From the NCBI GenBank assembly GCA_035285545.1, contig JAYKGY010000018.1, forward strand, positions 1 to 51,561: a stretch of DNA of 51,561 bases. Reading direction: 5' to 3'. A program made the position numbers and the translations under genes. Below, piece after piece: positions 1 to 10,262 of the stretch. This stretch comes from Snowella sp. (GTDB lineage: Bacteria > Cyanobacteriota > Cyanobacteriia > Cyanobacteriales > Microcystaceae). Each line of letters opens with the position of its first letter. Position 1 is the first letter of the stretch. The notes under the pieces were generated by a model. The model was not told where the DNA came from. It searched no databases and saw only the letters and a list, made by a program, of their open reading frames with translations.

Positions 1-2
1 GC

Positions 3-509
3 GTTTTCCAACCGATGTTAGAGTTACTCGACTATCTTCGCGCCAAAGACTTCAAAATCTTTATTGTTTCTGGCGGAGGAACAGAATTTGTTCGGGCTTT
101 TTCTGAGAAGGTGTACGGCATTCCGCCGGAAAATGTCATTGGAAGCAGCGTAAAAACCCGCTTTGAACAGCAAAATGGTCAAGCTGTGCTGATGAAATTA
201 CCCGAAATAGAGAGCTATAACGACAAGGCGGTCAAACCAGCCAATATTAATTTGCATATTGGACGAAAACCGATCCTGGCTTTCGGTAACTCCGATGGTG
301 ATTTAGCCATGCTTCAGTACACTGCCGACAACCAACGACCGAGCCTAATGCTACTGCTTCACCACGATGATGAGGAACGAGAGTGGGCTTACGACCGTCA
401 ATCCCTGATCGGACGCTTGGATAAGGCATGGGATGAGGCAAAACAAAGAGGATGGACAATCGTGAGTATGCGTGATGATTTTAAACAGGTTTATCCCACC
501 AAAAAGTGA
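3..509 (+). CDS. HAD-superfamily hydrolase (non-specific acid phosphatase-like), 5' partial
   Basis: The frame is open from the window edge (VFQPM...). HAD motifs IVSGG and FGNSDGD are present, with the family-typical C-terminus WTIVSMRDDF. Confidence 0.85.
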   Translation, partial: VFQPMLELLDYLRAKDFKIFIVSGGGTEFVRAFSEKVYGIPPENVIGSSVKTRFEQQNGQAVLMKLPEIESYNDKAVKPANINLHIGRKPILAFGNSDGDLAMLQYTADNQRPSLMLLLHHDDEEREWAYDRQSLIGRLDKAWDEAKQRGWTIVSMRDDFKQVYPTKK

Positions 510-608
510 TTATTCTGTCATTTATTCTTGCAAAATCTGAAATTCGTCCATTTTTATCTAGTTTTCAGAACTAGTTGATTTTTTTACTTGTTGTGAGGCA
601 CTTTTGTA

Positions 609-2207
609 ATGTTTAACTCTTTAAAATCAGCGATTCAATGGGCCTTAATTCTTCCCGGCTGCTTAATGAGTATTTCCCCTGTTCTAGCAGAAAAAGGTAA
701 TGCCACTCCGGTTTCTCCCCTAGAATCATCTTGCTCCGAATTTAAGCCCATCAGTAACGCGATGCCTCAGGCACACTCCGTGACCGAACCAACCCAATCT
801 ACCTTACAAGAAGATCAATCCATCCCATCCGTTTTACCAGCAACCAGTGCCTGTTCCGCCGATCTCAACCCCATCCCCAATCAGCAAATTGTTCAAGAAA
901 ACACTCCAACCCTTGTTCCTGAACCGAATTCCCCTACCGAACCCCCCCCCTCTGAAATTCCTGGGATTCAACCATTAGCAAGCGAACCGAATAACAATGG
1001 CTGGCGATTTATTTTCCAACCCTATGCCACTATTCCCATTAATACCTATGGAAGCGCGACCGTTCGGGGTCGGACTGTCGATTACCATCTCAGTCTAGGC
1101 TCTTTATTGCAAAGTTTAAGTGTCGCCGCTAGTGGGCGAGTAGAAGCTTGGAATGGCAATTGGGGATTTATTATTGATGGTTATTTTGCCAAGTTAAATG
1201 CCGTTAAAAGCTTCCAAAGAACTGAATTTCCTAACTTAAATGCCTTTAACGTTACTCAATATATTCTGAGTACCGATATCAACGGAAAGCTACAGGGAAT
1301 GAGTGATGCCTTAGGACAGCAATTCCAATCACTAGAAAAAGCTGATAGGGCGCAAAAGGTACAAGAAAACATCGAAAATGTACAAATCTTAGGTCAGGCA
1401 ATTGATCGAAAAATTGATGAAATTCTCTCGGTTCAAGACCTTGATCAATTAAAATTAAAAATTGCTCAAACCCAAGATCTCATCCAAGAAACGCAACAAA
1501 ACTTTGACGGCTTACAAGAAATTCAAAATAGTGAGGAATTTGCGAATTTACAAGATCAATTAAACACTCTAAAAGCTTTTTTAAATAAGGAGTTAGCCGC
1601 AACTGATCAAGTCACCAATTATATTAATGATTCTAATAATCAAAATTTAAATAATCAAGATTTAAATGTTGACACGACCTCTAATCTTTCCTTTCGTCAA
1701 GGGATTTATGATTTTGCGATTAGTTATCATTTTGGCGATCCCGTTAGCGATCGCTTACCCAAAGAACCGTCTAACCGAGCATTTCCCCTCGTTTGGTTTC
1801 AACCCTATATGGGGACTCGCTTGAATGATATTAACGTAAATCTTAATCAAATCGTTAATGTGCAATACACCAGTGATTTAATTAACTTTCAAGGAAACTA
1901 TCAACAAACTTTTAGTCAAGGCAAGACTTGGTTTGAACCCCTAGTGGGAGGAAAATTCGGCGTTCAACTTTCTGATCCCATTACTGTTTGGTTACGGGCA
2001 GATGTCTCTGGCTTTGATTTATCCGCTGATTCAAACTGGAGTTGGAATGCCTTAGCGGGAGTCGATTGGTGGGTTAATTCCCAGACTTCTCTGCAACTAG
2101 GCTACCGTTTTTATCAAATTAAATTGAGAAATGGAACCGGAGAGAACGCCTTTGGATTTTCAGAAAGTTTTAATGGCCCCTTTTTATCCGCCAGCTTCCA
2201 TTTTTAG
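609..2207 (+). CDS. Putative outer-membrane beta-barrel protein with a long internal coiled-coil insertion
   Basis: Signal peptide (...SPVLA), Pro/Ser/Glu-rich linker, amphipathic beta-strands (WRFIFQPY, WFEPLVG, LGYRFY) and a terminal aromatic residue (SASFHF). Confidence 0.7.
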   Translation: MFNSLKSAIQWALILPGCLMSISPVLAEKGNATPVSPLESSCSEFKPISNAMPQAHSVTEPTQSTLQEDQSIPSVLPATSACSADLNPIPNQQIVQENTPTLVPEPNSPTEPPPSEIPGIQPLASEPNNNGWRFIFQPYATIPINTYGSATVRGRTVDYHLSLGSLLQSLSVAASGRVEAWNGNWGFIIDGYFAKLNAVKSFQRTEFPNLNAFNVTQYILSTDINGKLQGMSDALGQQFQSLEKADRAQKVQENIENVQILGQAIDRKIDEILSVQDLDQLKLKIAQTQDLIQETQQNFDGLQEIQNSEEFANLQDQLNTLKAFLNKELAATDQVTNYINDSNNQNLNNQDLNVDTTSNLSFRQGIYDFAISYHFGDPVSDRLPKEPSNRAFPLVWFQPYMGTRLNDINVNLNQIVNVQYTSDLINFQGNYQQTFSQGKTWFEPLVGGKFGVQLSDPITVWLRADVSGFDLSADSNWSWNALAGVDWWVNSQTSLQLGYRFYQIKLRNGTGENAFGFSESFNGPFLSASFHF

Positions 2208-2313
2208 CAAAGGAATTGGGGCCTAATGTTTATTTGGCATTTCCAATGACTTTGACATCCTCAATTAATCCTTTAACATCATCACCTCCTAAACGACTTC
2301 TGACAAAATAATT

Positions 2314-2339
2314 TGCTATGCTAGAGGAAGTATTGAGGA
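2314..2339 (+). promoter_or_regulatory. Putative extended -10 element (TGcTATGCT) and RBS (GAGGA) for ORF 2347
   Basis: TG-n-TATGCT at 2314-2322 and GAGGA at 2335-2339, 7 nt before the ATG. Confidence 0.5.
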
Positions 2340-2346
2340 CAAATTC

Positions 2347-2580
2347 ATGACACAACGCTTAAAACGATGGGAATCGCCCCGTCGCCAGGGCAGAAATGAT
2401 AAAGGCAAAGGCGGTTCGGCAAGGCAACGACAACTGAAAAAACGTCAACAGATGTTACGCCAAAAACTCCAAGACAATTCTAATGGCAATCATCAACGGG
2501 GAAGGGATTTTAAAAACAGTCTCTTCCCTTTATTTTTGGAGATTTACGACACAAGACTCAATCGAGAGGCATTTAACTGA
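2347..2580 (+). CDS. Small, highly basic protein with a KGKGGS motif; candidate alternative ribosome-rescue factor
   Basis: Good RBS, Arg/Lys-rich N-terminal 40 aa, KGKGGS at residues 19-24 and an internal terminator. Its 3' end overlaps trmFO on the opposite strand. The function is inferred. Confidence 0.7.
   Translation: MTQRLKRWESPRRQGRNDKGKGGSARQRQLKKRQQMLRQKLQDNSNGNHQRGRDFKNSLFPLFLEIYDTRLNREAFN
2499..2537 (+). terminator. Intrinsic terminator inside ORF 2347-2580
   Basis: 11-bp stem GGGAAGGGATT / AGTCTCTTCCC with two G-U pairs and an 8-nt loop, followed by TTTATTTTT. The wobble pairs work only on the + strand. Confidence 0.75.
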
Positions 2581-3920
2581 GCTTGCCAGGTTTCTAGATC
2601 CGCTAAAGCGCGATCGCGGTATTTTCCATAACGTTCTTGTTTTTGACGAATCCGAGTCGGCAATTCCGGTAAAATTCCAAAATTTGGTGGCATGGGCTGA
2701 AAATGCTTGGGAGACGCAGAACTGATAAAAGCAAATAACGCACCCATCATGGTGGTTTCCGGTAGACTGATCGGATCAAGTCCTTTATATAATCGAGCCG
2801 CGTTTGTTCCGGCTAACCATCCCCCTGCGGTTGCCGCCGCGTAACCCTCCGTTCCCACCAATTGACCGGCTGCAAAGAGGGTTTTTCGAGTTATGAATTG
2901 TAAATTGGAACCGAGCAATTCAGGAGAATTAATAAACGTATTGCGATGCATTACCCCCATACGGACAAATTCGGCATTTTCTAGCCCTGGAATCATTTGA
3001 AAAACCCGTTTTTGTTCTCCCCATTTCAAATTAGTTTGAAAGCCGACCATATTCCACAGTTGGCCAGCCTTGTCTTCCTGACGCAATTGCACCACTGCAT
3101 AGGGGCGTTTGACTTTATTTTCTGGCGCACGAAAGTCTCCTAAACGACTATCAAATAACCCAATGGGCTTTAAGGGGCCATAACGCATGGTATCTTCGCC
3201 CCGTTGGGCTAATTCTTCAATGGGAAGACAACCTTCAAAAAATTTCGCTGTTTCCCGTTCAAAATCTTTTAATTCCGCTTTTTCTGCCTGACAAAGTGCT
3301 TGCCAAAAGGCGAAATACTGGTCGCGATTGAGGGGGCAATTTAAATAGGCCGCTTCCCCTTTGTCGTAACGGGAGGCCAGAAACGCAATGTCATGGTTAA
3401 TCGATTCACCAACCACAATGGGGCTAGCCGCATCAAAAAAGCTGAGATACTCCATGCCCGTGAGTTTTTGTAAATCTTCTGTCAAAGCGGGACTGGTGAG
3501 GGGGCCAGTGGTCAGGACAACAATTCCTTCCCTCGGAATTTCCGTGATTTCTTCGCGCCGAAAGTCTACTAGGGGATGGTTCGCCACTTTTTGGGTTAAG
3601 GTTTCGCTAAAGACACCCCGATCAACGGCTAAGGCTCCACCGGCGGGGACGGCATGACTATCGGCCGTTTGAATAATAAGTGATCCTAATTGCCGCAATT
3701 CCGTTTGTAATAATCCCGCTGCGCGATCGCTGTTCATGGCTCCAAAGGAATTACTACAAACCAACTCCGCCAGTTCGGTACTATGGTGGGCGGGACTTTG
3801 ACGGACAGGACGCATTTCCGAAAGAATCACCGGCACTCCTGCCTGGGCGATTTGCCAAGCCGCCTCGGTTCCAGCTAATCCACCGCCAATCACATGAACG
3901 GGTTTTTGATGTAGAGTCAT
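2544..3920 (-). CDS. trmFO: Folate/FAD-dependent tRNA m5U54 methyltransferase TrmFO (Gid)
   Basis: [13 protein letters not shown] motif, [36 protein letters not shown]. Confidence 0.96.
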   Translation of the reverse strand: MTLHQKPVHVIGGGLAGTEAAWQIAQAGVPVILSEMRPVRQSPAHHSTELAELVCSNSFGAMNSDRAAGLLQTELRQLGSLIIQTADSHAVPAGGALAVDRGVFSETLTQKVANHPLVDFRREEITEIPREGIVVLTTGPLTSPALTEDLQKLTGMEYLSFFDAASPIVVGESINHDIAFLASRYDKGEAAYLNCPLNRDQYFAFWQALCQAEKAELKDFERETAKFFEGCLPIEELAQRGEDTMRYGPLKPIGLFDSRLGDFRAPENKVKRPYAVVQLRQEDKAGQLWNMVGFQTNLKWGEQKRVFQMIPGLENAEFVRMGVMHRNTFINSPELLGSNLQFITRKTLFAAGQLVGTEGYAAATAGGWLAGTNAARLYKGLDPISLPETTMMGALFAFISSASPKHFQPMPPNFGILPELPTRIRQKQERYGKYRDRALADLETWQAQLNASRLSLVS

Positions 3921-4088
3921 GAACGAGATACAAATTTTTGTAAAAGTTTTAGGCTATTAGCCTCTTTTTTTTGTCACAATTAAGGATTGTAGCATTTTAT
4001 TCTAATGATTAGGTTCCCCTTTTTGATTCATCATTGTTTTGATGGACATTGATTTTTGAATTCAGTTAACGTTTAGAGTGGAAATATC

Positions 4089-7000
4089 GTGGCTAATTCA
4101 TTATTTAAATCGGTGTCTAATAGTATTACGATTAAACTATTAGGAATTGATAGTCAGTTTGATGTATTAAATGAGATCAAAACTGCATTGTCTTCTGACC
4201 CTTACGAGCTAATTTGGGTAAATACCGCAGCAAAAACCCAGGAAGCACTTGATCAATTTGACTGGGCCGCAATTCTCATTAATCTTGAAAATCAACTAGA
4301 TTATGGTCTTGAGCTAATTCAGTTCATTCGTCAACAGCCGCGATCGCGATCGACTCCCATTCTGTTGTTAGTCCCCGCTGACTTTACGGATTTTAATCAG
4401 ATTGCTGCACAAAATTTGGGAATCTTTGACTATTTAGTTAGACCCATTCATCCTGATTTATTACGGGTAAAATTAGCGTTTTGTCTGGAATACACTCAAC
4501 AAAATTTACAACTCGAACACAACCAAGCCTTATTAGCAGAAAAATGTGAAGATTGTCAAACTGCCCAGACTCAATTGAAAACCTTAAATTCCCATTTAGC
4601 CACCCTAGTCGAACAACAAACCCAGGCATTAACCCAGCAAAACCAATTATTACAGCAACAAATCCAAGAAAAAGAACAGTTAACCTTGGAATATCGCCAA
4701 TCCGAACAACGGTTACGGGAAAGTGAAGAACGCTTATTAAATATCATTAATCATATTTCCGATGGTTTATTAATTGTTAATGAACGGGAAGAAATTTGTT
4801 TTTTAAATCCCAGTGCAGAAGTCCTATTTGGTCGTCCGAAAGAAGAACTTTTGGGAATTAATTTAGGGTTTTTAATTGCAGAAAATTTAACCGAAATCAC
4901 CTTTTTACATCCCAGTCGAGAACTCCGAATCGCTGAAATGAAGGGAACGGAGATTATGTGGCATGGAGAGCGGGCCTATCTGGCTTCGTTACGGGATATT
5001 ACCTCGCGCAAACAAATCGAAAGTGAATTGGCCGAATTATTACAACGCCTATCAGATTTAGAGTACGCGATCGATCAATCCGCCATTGTGGTGATTACCG
5101 ACCCCGAAGGAACCTTTACCTATGTCAACGATAAATTTAGTGAAATTTCCCAATATTCGCGTTTTGATTTGATTGGAAAAACCCCAGCTTTAATTAATTC
5201 GGGTTATCATCCGCCGGAGTTTTGGAAAAATTTATGGGATACCATTAGTGACGGCCAAATTTGGCGCGGTGAAATCTACAATAAAGCGAAAGATGGCAGC
5301 TATTACTGGATCGATAGTACTATTGTTCCTTTTATTAGTAATGATGACAAACAGGTTTGGCAATATTTATCCATTAATTTTGATATTACGGAGCGCAAAC
5401 AGGCTGAAGAAGCCCTCTATAATAGCGAGCAAAAATATCTTCACTTTCTAGAAAATGTCCAGAGTTGTATTATTGTCCATGCTCCCAATACGGAAATCAT
5501 TTTTATTAATCAGGCTGCCGTTGATTTTCTAGGAATTCGTAAAGAAGAGTTATTGGGAAAAGATGATCAGGCTTCGGAATGGAATTTCTTTAATCGGGAG
5601 GGAGAGTTATTATCACCGGAGGAGTTTCCCGTTAATCAGGTAATTCGAGAAAAATGCCCTCTGTATGATTACGAATTACGCTTCTATTCTCTGAGTAAAA
5701 ATAATGTCTATTGGTGTTTACTGAATGCCTATCCTGAATTTGATGAAGAGGGAGAATTGGTGCAGGTTATCGTCACTTTTATTGATATTACAGAGCGCAA
5801 AAAATCCGAATTAGCCCTCCAAGATTCTAATGAACAACTGGAAATTGCCATTCAGGAAAGAACGATTGCTTTAGCCGAAACAAATGCCCATCTATTGCGA
5901 GAAATCCGAGAGCGCGAACAGATTGATTTATCCCTGCGAGAAGAAGAAGCCAAATATCGAGCCTTAATGAAAGATGCCAGTGATGCCATTTTGCTGTTGG
6001 ATATTAATCAAACCTATATTGAAATGAATCAAAAAGCCGAGGCGTTATTGGGCTATGGGCGAGAAAATATGCTGCAACGTCAACGCTTAGAGTTAATTTT
6101 CTCTGAGTTTGAAGAAAGCCCGATTCAACTATGGCAAACGTTATTAGAGCGCGGCTTTATTGCTTGGAATGATCAGAAAATACGGGCTAAAACGGGTTTA
6201 CTGATTCCGGTGGATATTACGGCTAATGTGATTGATTATGCAGATAAACGCATTATTCAAGTGATTATTCGAGATGTGACGGAGCGCAAACAGGCAGAGG
6301 ATGCCCTGCAAAAGAGTGAAGACCAGTTTCGGGCAATTTTTGAATATTCTGCGATTGGGATTGCCTTAATTAATCCCTTGGGCCATGCGTTTCGGGTTAA
6401 TACGACCTTAGAATCGATGTTGGGTTATAGCCACCAGGTATTGGCCGAGCGGGTGTTTACGGAATTTACCCATCCTGAAGATAGTGTGCGGGACTGGCGA
6501 TTATTTCAACAATTAATTACGGGACAACGGGAAAGTTACCAGATTGAAAAGCGGTATTTACGTTCCGATGGGCAAGTACTCTGGGGCTTGTTAACGGCTT
6601 CTTTGGTGTGTAATGCCAAGGGGTATCCTCAATTTGCGGTACAAATGATTGAAGATATTACCGATCGCAAACAGGCCGAGAAAGCCTTACAGCAAAATCA
6701 GTTATTCCTCCGTAATGTGATTGATGCCAATCCCAATTTGATTTTTGTGAAAAATTCCGATGGATTTTATGTCTTAGCGAATCAGGCGATCGCGACAGCC
6801 TATGGCAAAACCGTCGAAGAAGTTATTGGTAAAACCGATCAGGCATTGAACCGTAATCTGGGACAAGTACAGCAATTTCAACGATACGACCAGCAAGTTT
6901 TGCGATCGCGACAACCGCTATGGATTGCCGAAGAAACGATCCTCATAGCCACCGGCGAAGCGAGAATTTTCCAAAGTCTTCGTTTACCCATGATTGGGCC

Positions 7001-7808
7001 CGACGGACGGGCAGAACATGTTTTAGGAGTCTCTACCGATATTACGGAATTAAAACGGGCAGAGGAGGAAATGCAGAATGCCCTCCACAAAGAACGGGAA
7101 CTAAGTGAAATGAAAAGTCAATTTGTCGATATTGTCTCCCATGAATTTCGTACCCCCCTAACCTCGATTGTAGGCTTTGCCGAACTCTTGGAACGCCACC
7201 ATCATAAAATGTCCCTCGAAAAACAGCGTCGTTATCTACAAAATATTCAACAAGCAGGCTATCGCTTGCGGGAATTAATTGAAGATATCCTGTCTGTTAG
7301 TCGGGCCGATTCGGGAAAATTGCAGTTTACCCCCCTCCCTCTCAATATGGCGGCGTTTTGTCAGGAACTGTTAGAAGAATTTCAGGTGGGTGCAGGCAAA
7401 GACCATGAGTTTCATTTTTACTGCGAAGGAACAGTCCCAACTTTTTCTTTAGTAGATGAAAGATTATTACGGCATATTCTCACTAATTTATTAGGAAATG
7501 CAGTAAAATATTCTCCTAATCGTACTTTGGTAGAATTTGGACTGATTTATCACGCTGATCAGATTCATTTCCAGATTCGCGATCGCGGTATTGGCATTCC
7601 TGTCGAAGACCAAATCCACCTATTTGAGTCTTTCCATCGGGCCAGTAATGTCGGTAATATCCCTGGTACGGGTCTTGGACTGAATATTGTAAAACGTTAT
7701 GCAGAACTGCACCACGGAACCATTTCCTTTCATAGCACAGTTGGCGAAGGTAGTACCTTTACCCTTATCATTCCAGCCCAGGAGCTATCCCCTAATCTTC
7801 TTCATTAA
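4089..7808 (+). CDS. Cytoplasmic sensor histidine kinase: pseudo-receiver, six PAS domains, HisKA, HATPase
   Basis: Repeated DITERK PAS ends, H-box SHEFRTPL, N-box NLLGNAVKY, G-boxes DRGIG and GTGLGL. No TM segments. GTG start. Confidence 0.93.
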   Translation: MANSLFKSVSNSITIKLLGIDSQFDVLNEIKTALSSDPYELIWVNTAAKTQEALDQFDWAAILINLENQLDYGLELIQFIRQQPRSRSTPILLLVPADFTDFNQIAAQNLGIFDYLVRPIHPDLLRVKLAFCLEYTQQNLQLEHNQALLAEKCEDCQTAQTQLKTLNSHLATLVEQQTQALTQQNQLLQQQIQEKEQLTLEYRQSEQRLRESEERLLNIINHISDGLLIVNEREEICFLNPSAEVLFGRPKEELLGINLGFLIAENLTEITFLHPSRELRIAEMKGTEIMWHGERAYLASLRDITSRKQIESELAELLQRLSDLEYAIDQSAIVVITDPEGTFTYVNDKFSEISQYSRFDLIGKTPALINSGYHPPEFWKNLWDTISDGQIWRGEIYNKAKDGSYYWIDSTIVPFISNDDKQVWQYLSINFDITERKQAEEALYNSEQKYLHFLENVQSCIIVHAPNTEIIFINQAAVDFLGIRKEELLGKDDQASEWNFFNREGELLSPEEFPVNQVIREKCPLYDYELRFYSLSKNNVYWCLLNAYPEFDEEGELVQVIVTFIDITERKKSELALQDSNEQLEIAIQERTIALAETNAHLLREIREREQIDLSLREEEAKYRALMKDASDAILLLDINQTYIEMNQKAEALLGYGRENMLQRQRLELIFSEFEESPIQLWQTLLERGFIAWNDQKIRAKTGLLIPVDITANVIDYADKRIIQVIIRDVTERKQAEDALQKSEDQFRAIFEYSAIGIALINPLGHAFRVNTTLESMLGYSHQVLAERVFTEFTHPEDSVRDWRLFQQLITGQRESYQIEKRYLRSDGQVLWGLLTASLVCNAKGYPQFAVQMIEDITDRKQAEKALQQNQLFLRNVIDANPNLIFVKNSDGFYVLANQAIATAYGKTVEEVIGKTDQALNRNLGQVQQFQRYDQQVLRSRQPLWIAEETILIATGEARIFQSLRLPMIGPDGRAEHVLGVSTDITELKRAEEEMQNALHKERELSEMKSQFVDIVSHEFRTPLTSIVGFAELLERHHHKMSLEKQRRYLQNIQQAGYRLRELIEDILSVSRADSGKLQFTPLPLNMAAFCQELLEEFQVGAGKDHEFHFYCEGTVPTFSLVDERLLRHILTNLLGNAVKYSPNRTLVEFGLIYHADQIHFQIRDRGIGIPVEDQIHLFESFHRASNVGNIPGTGLGLNIVKRYAELHHGTISFHSTVGEGSTFTLIIPAQELSPNLLH

Positions 7809-7912
7809 ACGTAACAAATCCGGTAATGTTTTTGCTTGCATGACAGGGAACGATCAGAAATAAGCAGGAGACTAAACGAAAAGCTCGCATTAACAGAGAG
7901 AATGCAAACACA

Positions 7913-9703
7913 ATGACGACAATTCTAATTATTGAAGATGAAACAGCAATTCGAGAGTTAATTAGTGAATTGTTATCCATCGAGGATTTTAACGTTGTGG
8001 AAGCAATGAATGGCAAAGAGGGAGTCGCGATCGCCCAATCCGTTTTTATTGATCTCATTATTTGTGATGTAATGATGCCCGAACTCGATGGCTATGGCGT
8101 ACTAGCAGCTTTACAGGAAAATCCCAAAACCGCCACCATTCCCTTTATTTTTCTCACCGCCAAAGGGACAAAACAAGATATTCGCTACGGCATGAACTTA
8201 GGGGCAGATGATTACCTCATTAAACCCTTTACCAATGACGAACTGTTAGATGCCATTAACGTTAGGCTCAAAAAACAAGGCATCGTTTATCAACAGTATT
8301 TAAATAAATTAGACCAAACCAAAGAACAGCTTAATCATTTTTTCAATCACGATCCCCTCACCAACCTCCCCAACCAACTGTCCTTAAGAGATAGCTTTGA
8401 GAAAATTATTGTTGCCCACGAAGCCAACCCAACCCCATCGCTTCTCCTAACCGGAGAACCCAATCCGACCTTTGCTTTGATTATTCTCAGTTTTGAGCGA
8501 TTTTCACGGGTCAATGATTACTTGGGATACGAAGGCGGAAATTATGTCCTCAAAGAAGCCGCCGAACGCATTCGCCAGGTGGTTGGCTCCCAGGGGATCA
8601 TCAATCGCCTCAACAGTAACGAATTTGTAATTCTGTTTAACCCCCTATCCCCCGAAAATTCCTTAGGCTCGACCCGCTCCCTTCAAGAACACATCACTCC
8701 CTTTGCAAAAAATCTGCTCCAAGCCTTTTTAGACCCCTTTATCATCGAAGCGCAAGAGATCGTTTGTCCCATTATTCTCGGTATTGCTTTTTATGCCACC
8801 CATGGAAAAACCTTAGAACAACTCTTGCAATGTGCGATTAAAGCCAAGGAATCCATTAAACATCAGGGGGGCAATCTTTATCAGGTGTACCATCCCAGCC
8901 TGGTTAAAACCTCACCCCATAACGCCCTCAGCATTGAAAGAGATCTACGCCACGCCTTAGAAAATGATGAGTTTGTGGTGTATTATCAACCGCAGATTAA
9001 CGCCAAAACTCGCCAGATTGTCGGGGCAGAAGCGTTAATTCGTTGGCAACATCCCCAGGAAGGCCGTATTCCCCCCTATGTTTTTATCCCCGTTGCCGAA
9101 GAATCGGGCTTAATTCAAGATATTGGCGAATGGGTATTACACAAAGCCTGTGAGCAACTTAAACACTGGACGCAATTAGGGTTACCGTCGATTCGGGTCG
9201 CGATTAACTTATCAGCCCGTCAATTTAAACAGGCTAACCTAGCCCACTGGTTATCTCAACTCTTAAAAGCGCAAGCCATTGAGCCAGGCCAAATCGAGTT
9301 GGAATTAACGGAGAGTATTGTGGTGGATAATATCACCTGTTCTATTGAGCAGCTAACTCAGCTAAAAAATCTAGGGGTTCATGTCGCGATGGATGATTTT
9401 GGCACTGGTTATTCATCCCTCAGTTATTTACAACAATTTCCTTTTGATATTTTAAAAATTGACCAGTGTTTTGTTCGTAATATTCACCAAAATGCCAAAA
9501 ATGCCGCGATTACGAAAGCGATTATTGAGATGGCCCATCAATTAAATTTACGGGTTGTTGCCGAAGGGGTGGAAACAATTGAGGAGTTAAATTTTGTTAA
9601 AGACAATAATTGTGATGAAATTCAGGGGTATTTTTTCAGCCCACCGATTCCCGCAGAAGCCTTAACCCAATTGCTACAAACTCCAGATCCGTTTGTTTTT
9701 TAG
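7913..9703 (+). CDS. Response regulator REC, degenerate GGDEF, EAL; probable c-di-GMP phosphodiesterase
   Basis: REC (IEDE, CDVMMP, KPF). GGDEF is replaced by NSNEF. EAL, ELTES, DDFGTGYSS, KIDQ, EGVE and QGY are intact. Confidence 0.92.
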   Translation: MTTILIIEDETAIRELISELLSIEDFNVVEAMNGKEGVAIAQSVFIDLIICDVMMPELDGYGVLAALQENPKTATIPFIFLTAKGTKQDIRYGMNLGADDYLIKPFTNDELLDAINVRLKKQGIVYQQYLNKLDQTKEQLNHFFNHDPLTNLPNQLSLRDSFEKIIVAHEANPTPSLLLTGEPNPTFALIILSFERFSRVNDYLGYEGGNYVLKEAAERIRQVVGSQGIINRLNSNEFVILFNPLSPENSLGSTRSLQEHITPFAKNLLQAFLDPFIIEAQEIVCPIILGIAFYATHGKTLEQLLQCAIKAKESIKHQGGNLYQVYHPSLVKTSPHNALSIERDLRHALENDEFVVYYQPQINAKTRQIVGAEALIRWQHPQEGRIPPYVFIPVAEESGLIQDIGEWVLHKACEQLKHWTQLGLPSIRVAINLSARQFKQANLAHWLSQLLKAQAIEPGQIELELTESIVVDNITCSIEQLTQLKNLGVHVAMDDFGTGYSSLSYLQQFPFDILKIDQCFVRNIHQNAKNAAITKAIIEMAHQLNLRVVAEGVETIEELNFVKDNNCDEIQGYFFSPPIPAEALTQLLQTPDPFVF

Positions 9704-9731
9704 GGAGTTCGAGCAGATGTCAGAGCTTTGT

Positions 9732-10193
9732 TTAGACTGTGGTTGACATTTCCTGCAAAATTTTCTGAGCCACGTCTGGCGCGATCGGCATCACGGATAA
9801 ACGATTACCTTTTTTGACGACTAATAATTCATCGGGGCTAAAGCGATCTTTCAGGGTCTCTAAAGTAAGAATCTGAGTAAATTCTTCTTTAAATTGGGTT
9901 TTAACCGTGTGCCAACGGGGATTTTCTCGCGAAGACTTGGGATCATAGTAATCACTTTGGGGATCAAATTGGGTTGGATCAATGACCTGACTATCGATAA
10001 TGGTCATTAAGCCCACAATGCCAGGCGGTTGACTATTGGAATGGTAAAAAAACGCCAGATCACCAATGGCCATTTGTTTCAAAAAATTACGCGCCTGGTA
10101 ATTTCTGACCCCATCCCAGAGGGTTTGTCCGTCCCGTTTTAAATCGCCAATGCTGTAAACGCTGGGTTCGGATTTCATTAACCAATAATTCAT
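9732..10193 (-). CDS. EVE-domain protein
   Basis: YWLMKSEP, WDGVRNYQARNF, FFYHS, NRLSVMP. Confidence 0.93.
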   Translation of the reverse strand: MNYWLMKSEPSVYSIGDLKRDGQTLWDGVRNYQARNFLKQMAIGDLAFFYHSNSQPPGIVGLMTIIDSQVIDPTQFDPQSDYYDPKSSRENPRWHTVKTQFKEEFTQILTLETLKDRFSPDELLVVKKGNRLSVMPIAPDVAQKILQEMSTTV

Positions 10194-10262
10194 GGACTAG
10201 TTCGTGACTGGATCGTTTTAATTGAGGGTTTGATGACATTTGTGCCGGATTTTAAACATCAA

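Noticed and set aside
2499..2537. Hairpin as the trmFO (minus-strand) terminator
   Set aside because: On the minus strand the stem has two A-C mismatches and no following U-tract.
2483..2725. 80-aa plus-strand ORF
   Set aside because: It is mostly antisense to trmFO, spans the terminator and has no clear RBS or recognisable motif.
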